Assembly: GCA_965203055.1 (NCBI GenBank)
Contig: OZ241863.1
Span: 3,408,019-3,472,018, forward strand
Source of the DNA: Spirochaetia bacterium
GTDB taxonomy: Bacteria > Spirochaetota > Spirochaetia > SZUA-6 > Bin103
Length of the DNA: 64,000 bases
Direction: 5' to 3'
Below are positions 9,177-17,307 of this stretch, piece by piece; positions within the stretch are counted from its first letter, which is position 1; every line of letters begins with the position of its first letter. Position numbers and translations under genes: made by a program. Under the pieces are notes generated by a model that saw nothing but the letters and a program-made list of their open reading frames with translations, was not told the DNA's origin and did not search any database.

Positions 9177-12100
9177 ATGACGACCCTGTCAGCGGACCTG
9201 CGCCGGCAACTGGAGCGCACCGTCATGCAAGCGCGCCACGTCGCCGAGACCGGCGCCCGGGCGGCGCTGGAAGCGCTCGCCGTTGCCGAACCCCAGCCCT
9301 ACGTTCACATGGACGGCGCGCAGCGCGACCTGCGCCTGCGGTTGCGCGCCCACGCCCGGCAGCTCGGCGACCGGCTCGGCGCCGCCGCGGGAGCACGGTC
9401 AATCGATCACGTGGTCTACGAGTGCGCCTTTGAGCACTGGCACGGCATGCTGTTCGCCCGCTTCCTGGCCGAGAACCACCTGCTGATCGAGCCGGAACTG
9501 GGCATCGAGGTCACCCTGGCCGAATGCGCGGAACTGGCGCAGGAGGAACAGGACGCCGACCAGTGGACGCTGGCCGCGCGCTTCGCCCAACGCATGCTGC
9601 CGCAAGTGTTCCGGCCCGACCACCCGGCTTTCGCGGTCCGCCTCGCCCGCGAACACCGGCTGGCGTTGGAGCGGCTGGTCGAGAGCCTGCCGGCGGAGGT
9701 GTTCGCGGCAGCCGACTCGCTCGGCTGGGTCTACCAGTTCTGGCAGTCCGGCCGTAAGGCCGAGGTGAACCGCTCCGAGGTCAAGATCGGTGCGGAAGAG
9801 ATGCCCGCAGTGACGCAACTGTTCACCGAGCCCTACATGGTGAGCTTCCTGCTGGACAACTCCCTGGGGGCGTGGTGGGCGGCGCGCCGCCTGACCGACC
9901 TGAACGAGGCCGCGCTAACCGACGCCGGCACGGAATCGGAACTGCGCCGAGCGGTGGCGCTGCCCGGCGTGCCGCTCGACTATCTGCGCTTCGTGCGCCA
10001 CGACGAAGGAGAAGGAACAGGGCCTGCGCGGTGGCGCCCGGCAGCCGGCGCGTTCGACCGCTGGCCCGAGCAGCTCGGCGACCTCAAGGTTCTGGACCCC
10101 TGCTGCGGTTCGGGTCACTTCCTGGTCGCCGCCTTGGGCATGCTGGTGCCGATGCGCATGGCAAGCGAGGGGCTGACCGCGCGCGCAGCCGTGGATGCGG
10201 TGCTGCGCGACAACCTGCACGGCCTGGAACTGGACCGACGCTGCGTGGAGCTGGCCGCGTTCGCCCTGGCGCTGGCCGCCTGGCGCTGGCCCGGCGCCGG
10301 CGGCTATCGGCCGCTGCCGTCGCTGAACGTGGCCTGCTCCGGGCTCGCGCCCAACGCGGCCAAGGAGGAGTGGATCACGTTGGCGGAGCAGGCCGCCGCC
10401 GGCGATACCGCGCTTTCGGCTCAGCTTCGCGGCAGCCTGGACGCGCTGCACGATCTGTTTCGGCAGGCGCCGCTGCTGGGCTCGCTGATCGACCCGCGGA
10501 CGCTGAAGCGGGAGTTGTTTCAGGGTGACTACGAGTCGGTGCAGGCGCTGTTCGCCGCCGCGGCCGCATCGGAGCGCGCCACCTTCGAGCAGACCGAGCG
10601 GGCGGTAGCGGCGCAGGGAATCGCGCGCGCCGCCGAGTTGCTGGCCGGCCGCTACCACCTCGTGATCACCAACGTTCCCTACCTCACGCGCCGCAAGCAG
10701 AACAAAGATCTGCGCGCCTTCTGCGAAGCCCGCTACCCGGCCGCCAAGAACGATCTGGCCACCGTATACCTGGAACGTGCCTTGAGTCTGTGCGTAGAAG
10801 GAGGAACCGCCAGCTTGGTGCTGCCGCAGAACTGGCTGTTTCTCACGAGCTACCGACTGCTCCGCGAGAAGCTGCTCAAGCGCGAGGCGTGGCATCTGCT
10901 CGCCCGGCTGGGGGAAGGAGGATTCGAGTCATCCGCAGCCGCCGGCGCGTTTGCTGTGTTGCTTACGTTGAGCCGCGGCAGTCCGGCCGATCAACCACTC
11001 CGATTGTCCCGCAACCAGACAGCGGACCGCGGAGTATACGGTCTGGACGTTGCTGTAGCTCCAACCGCGAACCAGAAGGCCAAGCAGCTATTGACTGCGG
11101 AGATGACAGGATATCAGCAGCAGGAATACCTGCGAAATCCGAAGGCAGTCATTACGTCTGGCCGTCCTCCTGCAAGCGGAATGCAGTTGGCAGAAGGCGC
11201 TGACTACGGCAAGGGCAGTACTACCGGTGACGCCCCGAGATTCCTGTCCTGCTTCTGGGAGTTTCCCGAAATCGCGTCCTATCATGTCTTGTGGCTCAAC
11301 TCGCCAAGTGAGCATGCATGGTCCGGAAGGACGCAGATTTGCACGGTGCCATTGAACCACGAGGACCTGAGCGTCCAGAGAGGATGTCGGATACACGGCC
11401 AGCGTGTCTTTGGTCGTCCCGGAGTCGCAGTCAACAAGATGCGGCGGTTGGAACCGTTTCTCTACGCCGGGGAAGTGTTCGACGACAACGTATGCCCGAT
11501 CGCACCGAAAGATGCTGGCCTGATCCCGGCCGTATGGTCATACGTCCAGTCGACTCACTATCACGACGATGTACGGTCCATTGACCAAAAGCTGAACGTT
11601 ACGGCCGGGACGCTGACGTCCGTTCCCTTCGACCTGGACCGCTGGACCGAAGTCGCCGCCGAACAATATCCCAACGGCCTTCCGCTTCCCTACACCGACG
11701 ATCCCACGCAGTGGATATTCCACGGCCATCCGTGCGGGTCGGTCATCTGGGACGAAACGACCAAACGCACCACCAACGGACCGTTCCGGCAGGATGCCGG
11801 CGTGCTGCAGGTCGCCGTCGCCCGCCTGCTCGGCTACCGCTGGCCGGCGGAACGGGACGATGCCATGGAACTGGCCCCGGAACAGCGCGCCTGGGTCCGC
11901 CGCTGCGCCACGCTGCACCACTTCGCCGACCAGGACGGCATCGTCTGCCTGCCGGCGGTGCGCGGCGAACTGCCCGCTGCCGACCGCCTGCTGCGCCTGC
12001 TGGCCGCCGCCTTCGGCGAAGCATGGAGCGACGCCACCCTCCCGCGCCTGCTCGCCGCTGCCGGCAGCGCCAGCCTCGACGACTGGTTGCGCAACCGCTT

Positions 12101-12797
12101 CTTCGAGCAGCACTGCAAGCGATTCCATCACCGCCCGTTCGTCTGGCACGTCTGGGACGGCCGCCGCGACGGCTTTCACGCCCTGGTCAACTACCACAAG
12201 CTGGCAGCCGAGGGCCGTAAAGGCCGGCAGCTCCTTGAATCCCTCACCTACAGCTACCTGGGCGACTGGATCACGCGCCAGAAAGACGGCGTGGAACGCG
12301 GCGCCGCGGGCGCCGAGGATCGGCTTGCCGTCGCCTTTGCACTGCAACGGCGCCTCGCTGCCATCCTCGACGGCGAACCGCCGTTCGACCTGTTCATCCG
12401 CTGGAAGCCGCTCGCCCAACAACCGACCGGCTGGCACCCGGACGTCAACGACGGCGTACGGCTCAACATCCGTCCATTCATGGCCGCCGACCTCGACGGC
12501 GGCAAGAAGGGCGCCGGCATCTTGCGCGCCAAGCCGAACGTCCACTGGCGCAAGGACCGCGGCAAGGAACCCCGCACGCTGGCTGACGGCGGCAAGCCCT
12601 CGCCCTGGGCGCAAGACGACCGCGACCTGGACGACGACCGCGACCTGCGCCCCAAGGAAGACTACCCGTGGTTCTGGCACGGCGACCAGTTCACCGGCGA
12701 CCGGGTAAACGACATCCATCTCACGAACGCCGAGAGATCAGCGCCCCGGGCTCATCCTATCTCGTACTACTTCTCACGGACGGCCCGTTCGATATAG
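9177..12797 (+). CDS. pglX: BREX adenine methyltransferase PglX (BrxX)
   Basis: 1206 aa. LGWVYQFW; TQLFTEPYMV; SAM-binding motif I VLDPCCGSGHFL; catalytic motif IV ITNVPY; C-terminal PDVNDGVRLNIRPF. BREX context. Confidence 0.92.
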   Translation: MTTLSADLRRQLERTVMQARHVAETGARAALEALAVAEPQPYVHMDGAQRDLRLRLRAHARQLGDRLGAAAGARSIDHVVYECAFEHWHGMLFARFLAENHLLIEPELGIEVTLAECAELAQEEQDADQWTLAARFAQRMLPQVFRPDHPAFAVRLAREHRLALERLVESLPAEVFAAADSLGWVYQFWQSGRKAEVNRSEVKIGAEEMPAVTQLFTEPYMVSFLLDNSLGAWWAARRLTDLNEAALTDAGTESELRRAVALPGVPLDYLRFVRHDEGEGTGPARWRPAAGAFDRWPEQLGDLKVLDPCCGSGHFLVAALGMLVPMRMASEGLTARAAVDAVLRDNLHGLELDRRCVELAAFALALAAWRWPGAGGYRPLPSLNVACSGLAPNAAKEEWITLAEQAAAGDTALSAQLRGSLDALHDLFRQAPLLGSLIDPRTLKRELFQGDYESVQALFAAAAASERATFEQTERAVAAQGIARAAELLAGRYHLVITNVPYLTRRKQNKDLRAFCEARYPAAKNDLATVYLERALSLCVEGGTASLVLPQNWLFLTSYRLLREKLLKREAWHLLARLGEGGFESSAAAGAFAVLLTLSRGSPADQPLRLSRNQTADRGVYGLDVAVAPTANQKAKQLLTAEMTGYQQQEYLRNPKAVITSGRPPASGMQLAEGADYGKGSTTGDAPRFLSCFWEFPEIASYHVLWLNSPSEHAWSGRTQICTVPLNHEDLSVQRGCRIHGQRVFGRPGVAVNKMRRLEPFLYAGEVFDDNVCPIAPKDAGLIPAVWSYVQSTHYHDDVRSIDQKLNVTAGTLTSVPFDLDRWTEVAAEQYPNGLPLPYTDDPTQWIFHGHPCGSVIWDETTKRTTNGPFRQDAGVLQVAVARLLGYRWPAERDDAMELAPEQRAWVRRCATLHHFADQDGIVCLPAVRGELPAADRLLRLLAAAFGEAWSDATLPRLLAAAGSASLDDWLRNRFFEQHCKRFHHRPFVWHVWDGRRDGFHALVNYHKLAAEGRKGRQLLESLTYSYLGDWITRQKDGVERGAAGAEDRLAVAFALQRRLAAILDGEPPFDLFIRWKPLAQQPTGWHPDVNDGVRLNIRPFMAADLDGGKKGAGILRAKPNVHWRKDRGKEPRTLADGGKPSPWAQDDRDLDDDRDLRPKEDYPWFWHGDQFTGDRVNDIHLTNAERSAPRAHPISYYFSRTARSI

Positions 12798-12806
12798 GAT
12801 CAACCA

Positions 12807-14042
12807 ATGCAACCATCTCCCGCAATACATAATCCCGACCGCTACATGACGGCCTTTCGTCAAATCCTTTCCCAGGGCCGCAAGCGTATCGGGATCCTGA
12901 TTGGTGCGGGAGCGCCAACGTCGATTCGCGACGACAGAGACAGTCCACTTATTCCGAATGTTGAAGGTCTCACAAATGCCGTAATAGACACAATGAACAG
13001 TGATGATCGTAAAGTAGTTGAATCTCTCAAGAAACAAATTAAGCAAACAGGAAAGACCATTAACATCGAAACAATACTTACGCAAGTTCGTTTACTCTCT
13101 CAGGCCCTTGGAAATTCGGAAGTTTATGGTCTGAATGGCGACGAATACGGCGAATTGGCACGCCGAATATGTAGTAAGATAGGTGAGATAGTAGGTGCTC
13201 GATTGCCTGTCTCACCTAATCCATATACAGAATTGGTGTCCTGGATATCGGGCACGCAAAGAGAACACTCGGTCGAAATTTTTACACCCAACTACGACTT
13301 GTTGATCGAGGAAGCCTTCGAGCGTTCCAGAGTTCCTTATTTCGATGGATTCAGCGGGTCCTATAGACCGTTTTTTGATGCGGCTAGCGTCTCTTCCGAC
13401 GTACTACCGGCACGTTGGGCGCGTCTGTGGAAGCTCCACGGTTCATTGGGATGGAAGATATCAGATAATGCGGTAGTCAGAACCGGTCGACGAAATGCAA
13501 CCGAACTGATATATCCCGACCACCTTAAGTACGATCAAGTTAGGAGACTTCCGTATTCGGCATTATTCGAGCGACTTCGTACGTTTCTTTTGATTTCGGA
13601 TACACTTCTCATCTGTACCGGATTTTCGTTTCTTGATTCGCACATCTGTGCGGTATTGGACGAAGCATTGGCAGAAAACGCTCATACCGCGATATATGCT
13701 TTTCAGTACGGTGAACTCAGCAGAGAGTCGGCGGCTGCTCAGATTGCGCGGTCTCGACCCAATATCAGCATCTACGCTCCAGACGGCGCGATCGTCAACG
13801 GCGTTAAGGGACTGTGGCGGTTAGGTCATCCTCCTAGCGCAGACTGGGAGGACATCCGTCAGACGTTCTGGAATACGACACCGAGTGATGGCCAGTATCC
13901 GTTTTTGCTAGGCGACTTCGCGATGCTAGCGAGATTCTTGGCATTGATCCAGGCTCCGCAGATAGCATCGTCGGCATCTGACCAGAGATCGGACGACTCG
14001 GATCAGCTATCTATTCGGGAGCACCATGATGCTCAGTCGTGA
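12807..14042 (+). CDS. SIR2-family (SIR2_2) NADase-like protein of a Sir2-HerA defence cassette
   Basis: LIGAGAPTS; IFTPNYDLLIE; YFDGFSG; LWKLHGSL; IYPDHLKY; TGFSFLDSHI. Overlaps the downstream HerA gene. Low GC. Confidence 0.9.
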   Translation: MQPSPAIHNPDRYMTAFRQILSQGRKRIGILIGAGAPTSIRDDRDSPLIPNVEGLTNAVIDTMNSDDRKVVESLKKQIKQTGKTINIETILTQVRLLSQALGNSEVYGLNGDEYGELARRICSKIGEIVGARLPVSPNPYTELVSWISGTQREHSVEIFTPNYDLLIEEAFERSRVPYFDGFSGSYRPFFDAASVSSDVLPARWARLWKLHGSLGWKISDNAVVRTGRRNATELIYPDHLKYDQVRRLPYSALFERLRTFLLISDTLLICTGFSFLDSHICAVLDEALAENAHTAIYAFQYGELSRESAAAQIARSRPNISIYAPDGAIVNGVKGLWRLGHPPSADWEDIRQTFWNTTPSDGQYPFLLGDFAMLARFLALIQAPQIASSASDQRSDDSDQLSIREHHDAQS

Positions 14043-15861
14043 TCCCACATATCTTGGCACGATAGAAGCGGTGTCGGGCGCTGCGCTCAACGTTCATCTT
14101 GCTCCGTCCGTGGCTTCGGGACTGTCAATTATCAAGGGACAGACCTATAGGGTTGGCCAAGTGGGCAGCTTCGTCAGAGTTCCGCAGGGTTATCAAGACT
14201 TGTTCGGGGTCATTTCAGAAGTTGGAGCTAGCGCCGTGCCTGATCAGTTTGATCCCGGCACTGACACTGGACGCTGGATGAAGATTGAGCTAGTTGGTGA
14301 GACTGTCGGCCAGACGTTCGAGCGGGGAGTGAGTCAGTATCCCAACATAGGGGATGCCGTTCACTTGGCAATCGAGGAGCATCTACGAAGTATCTATGAC
14401 GTACGAGGCCATGGCTATGTTGTGATAGGGGCACTTTCCAGTGCGGAGAGCATTTCGGCAAAGGTAGCGCTTAACGAGCTGGTGACAAGACACTCGGCAG
14501 TCCTCGGATCCACCGGATCCGGCAAGTCTACAACGATAGCCAGTCTGCTTCGGGCGATTACCACGGTTAATGATGGGAATGATCAATACCCTAGCGCACG
14601 AGTCATGGTCCTCGACATACATGGAGAATACTCCGTGCCTCTTGCGGACGTATCGCAGGTGTTCAGCGTCGAGCCACAGTATGAAGAAGAGCGCTTGTAT
14701 ATACCCTATTGGGCGCTGGATACTGGCGACCTGCTGGATTTCTTGACTGGGGGAGTGCAGGACAACCAAGCGGCTGCCTTTACTGACAAGATTTTTAACC
14801 TGAAGGTGGCTTCGCACCAAGCACAGCGGTTTCCAGGTGTCGATCGCGCCTCGATAACCGTTGATACGCCACTTCCATACAGCCTCAAGAGGCTTTGGCA
14901 CGAACTCATCGATGTTGAGATCGCGACCTTCGAAGGAAAAGATCGTGATCAGTCTACATGCTACGATCGGGGAAACGCAGATATGCTCGATCGACCGAAG
15001 TACAGGCCGCATGCGATGGGATCCGCGGGGCCGTTCTTGAATCCACTGGCTCGCGGAATCGTGCGCCCCCTGGACTTGTTGCGTTCACGACTGCTTGATC
15101 GCCGCTACGACTTTCTTTTGTGTCCCGGCCCGTGGGAACCCGACCTTACTGGTAAGCCGCGGAAAGATCTGGATGAACTTCTCGGCGACTGGCTCGGCGG
15201 CGAAAAACCGATCACCATCCTGGATCTGTCGGGCGTTCCGAGTGGCGTCCTTGAACGCCTCGTGGGCTCGATACTCAAGATCGTCTACGAAGCGCTGTTC
15301 TGGAGCCGCGAGAAGACCGAAGGCGGGATCGAGCGTCCGCTGCTGATCGTGATGGAGGAAGCCCATCGCTACATGTCGAGCCGATCGGCAGGCACCGCCT
15401 CGGAAGTAATTCAACGAATCGCGAAGGAGGGCCGTAAGTACGGCGTGGGCGCTATGGTTGTCAGTCAGCGGCCCTCTGATGTGGACGAGACGGTGTTGTC
15501 GCAGTGCGGTACTTTTTTCGCGCTGCGGCTATCAAACCCCGAAGACCGAGCTCGTGTACGAGGTACGCTACCGGACGGTCTTGTCGGCCTTCTTGACGTT
15601 CTGCCAATTCTCCGCACAGGAGAAGCCATCGTCACCGGCGAAGCGGCAAAGCTGCCGATGCGCTGTCGCGTGACGCTTCCATCGAAGAAACACCGGCCTC
15701 GTAGCGAGGATCCGGAGATCAGCAAGAAGTGGGGACTTCAGAGGCGCGAGGAAGGCTATCAACGGGTCGTGGCTTCATGGAGATCGCAGAGCCCTATCGC
15801 GGTTACCAAGGAGTTGGATTTGCAGCGAACCCAGGTCGAGGATGACTCGGCCGTAGATTAG
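14026..15861 (+). CDS. herA: HerA/FtsK-family ATPase (DUF87), with an N-terminal HAS-barrel-like region
   Basis: GQVGSFVRVP; RHSAVLGSTGSGKS; LDIHGEY; Walker B LIVMEEAH; RIAKEGRKYG; VSQRPS; LSQC. Confidence 0.9.
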   Translation: MMLSRDPTYLGTIEAVSGAALNVHLAPSVASGLSIIKGQTYRVGQVGSFVRVPQGYQDLFGVISEVGASAVPDQFDPGTDTGRWMKIELVGETVGQTFERGVSQYPNIGDAVHLAIEEHLRSIYDVRGHGYVVIGALSSAESISAKVALNELVTRHSAVLGSTGSGKSTTIASLLRAITTVNDGNDQYPSARVMVLDIHGEYSVPLADVSQVFSVEPQYEEERLYIPYWALDTGDLLDFLTGGVQDNQAAAFTDKIFNLKVASHQAQRFPGVDRASITVDTPLPYSLKRLWHELIDVEIATFEGKDRDQSTCYDRGNADMLDRPKYRPHAMGSAGPFLNPLARGIVRPLDLLRSRLLDRRYDFLLCPGPWEPDLTGKPRKDLDELLGDWLGGEKPITILDLSGVPSGVLERLVGSILKIVYEALFWSREKTEGGIERPLLIVMEEAHRYMSSRSAGTASEVIQRIAKEGRKYGVGAMVVSQRPSDVDETVLSQCGTFFALRLSNPEDRARVRGTLPDGLVGLLDVLPILRTGEAIVTGEAAKLPMRCRVTLPSKKHRPRSEDPEISKKWGLQRREEGYQRVVASWRSQSPIAVTKELDLQRTQVEDDSAVD

Positions 15862-15871
15862 GAGGGATATC

Positions 15872-16084
15872 TTGGAGAAGCAGCGTGTCTCGTCTTCTAC
15901 GGTGATGTCGATAGGATACGACCGCCAGACTGAGACGCTCGAGATCGAGTTCGGGAGCGGCCGCGTATACCAGTACTATGGCGTTCCTGACAACCTGCAC
16001 AACGAGATAATGCAGACGCCGTCGAAGGGGCAGTTCTTCAATACTTACATCAGGGATCAATATCCGTATTCACGGGTGGGGTGA
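15872..16084 (+). CDS. KTSC domain protein (70 aa)
   Basis: VSSSTVMSIGYD..TETLEIEFGSGRVYQYYGVP...SKGQFFNTYIR is a typical KTSC pattern. The TTG start follows the SD AGGAGG, which overlaps the HerA stop. Confidence 0.9.
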   Translation: MEKQRVSSSTVMSIGYDRQTETLEIEFGSGRVYQYYGVPDNLHNEIMQTPSKGQFFNTYIRDQYPYSRVG

Positions 16085-16098
16085 CCGGCGGGTGATCG

Positions 16099-17307
16099 AT
16101 GACGATCGAATGGCCTGAGGTCGAGCGGCGCATCGCCGGCGGGGAGGACGACCGTACCGAGTTCAAGCGCGGGATCGGAGACCTGCGCGCGGTTGCCCGG
16201 ACGCTGTGCGCGTTCGCCAACGGCGCCGGCGGGCTGCTCGTGATCGGCGTCGATGACCGCGGCGCGGTTGCCGGCGTGGCCGCGGACGCCGAATCGGTGC
16301 AGGAACGGCTGACCGGCCTGCTGCACACCGCCTGCGGCAAGCCGGTCACCGCGCGCTGCGGGCGGCGCGACACCGGCGCCGGCTGGGTGCACTGGATCGC
16401 CGTGCACCGCCATCAGCGCGGCTACGAACCGTTCGCGTACGACGGCCGCTTCTGGATCCGGCGCGGCCGCGCCACCGTCGCGCCGTCGCCGTCCGAGCTG
16501 CAGGAGCTGTTCAACACCTTCGGGTTCGTGCTCACCGAGCGTCAGATCATCCCCTCGGCGACGGTCGAGGAGATCGACTTCGGCGCCGTGCGCTCCTTCA
16601 TGCGGGCGCAGGGCCTCGATACCGAGCGCGAGCCGCAGCCGGCGCGCGCGGACGACCTGCGCAACGCCAGCGTCGCCGACGAGCTGGACGGCGCGCTGCG
16701 CCCCACGCTGTATGGCGCGATGGTGTTCGGGCGCGACCCGCAGGGGTATCCCCACACCTTGAACCTGTTCGTGCAGTGCGTCCGCTACGGCGGCCTTGAC
16801 CAGGCGGCCGCGGTGCTGAGCGCGGGCGAGGGCAAGGGCCGCCTGGAAGATCAGGTGACGCGCGCCATGGGGTGGTTTCGCAGCCTGGGCCGGCGCGAAG
16901 TCTACGAGGGGCTCTACCGCCGCGACCTGCCGCTGCTGCCGGAGGACGCGCTGCGCGAGGCGCTGGTCAACGCCGTCATCCACCGCGACTACGCCCTCAC
17001 CGGGTCGCCGGTCCTGCTGGAGGTGTTCGACGACCGCATCGCGGTGACCAGCCCCGGCGCGCTGCCCAACCACATGACGGTGCAGCAGGCGCGCCTGGGC
17101 GGCGCGCCGCGCTCCCGCAACGAGATGATGGCGAACGCCATGGTGGTGCGCCGGCTGATGGAGCGGCGCGGGCGCGGCTGGTTGATGATGCGCCACGCCA
17201 TGCGGCGCTTCAACGGGACCGAGCCGGCGCTCCACAACGACGAGCGCGACCGCTTCGTGCGGGTGACGTTCGATCTGCGGCCGGCTCCCGCGGCAGGCGG
17301 CGCGTGA
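16099..17307 (+). CDS. Schlafen/AlbA_2 domain + HATPase_c_4 ATP-binding protein
   Basis: GEDDRTEFKR..CAFANGAGGLLVIGVDDRG.V.GV (AlbA_2); ALREALVNAVIHRDY..FDDRIAVTSPG..RN..MERRGRG. Stop overlaps the pglZ start (GTGA). Confidence 0.88.
   Translation: MTIEWPEVERRIAGGEDDRTEFKRGIGDLRAVARTLCAFANGAGGLLVIGVDDRGAVAGVAADAESVQERLTGLLHTACGKPVTARCGRRDTGAGWVHWIAVHRHQRGYEPFAYDGRFWIRRGRATVAPSPSELQELFNTFGFVLTERQIIPSATVEEIDFGAVRSFMRAQGLDTEREPQPARADDLRNASVADELDGALRPTLYGAMVFGRDPQGYPHTLNLFVQCVRYGGLDQAAAVLSAGEGKGRLEDQVTRAMGWFRSLGRREVYEGLYRRDLPLLPEDALREALVNAVIHRDYALTGSPVLLEVFDDRIAVTSPGALPNHMTVQQARLGGAPRSRNEMMANAMVVRRLMERRGRGWLMMRHAMRRFNGTEPALHNDERDRFVRVTFDLRPAPAAGGA

Noticed and set aside
10660-10690. NVPY instead of NPPY in PglX as a sign of inactivation
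   Set aside because: The catalytic Asn and Tyr and motif I are intact; most likely a subfamily variant.
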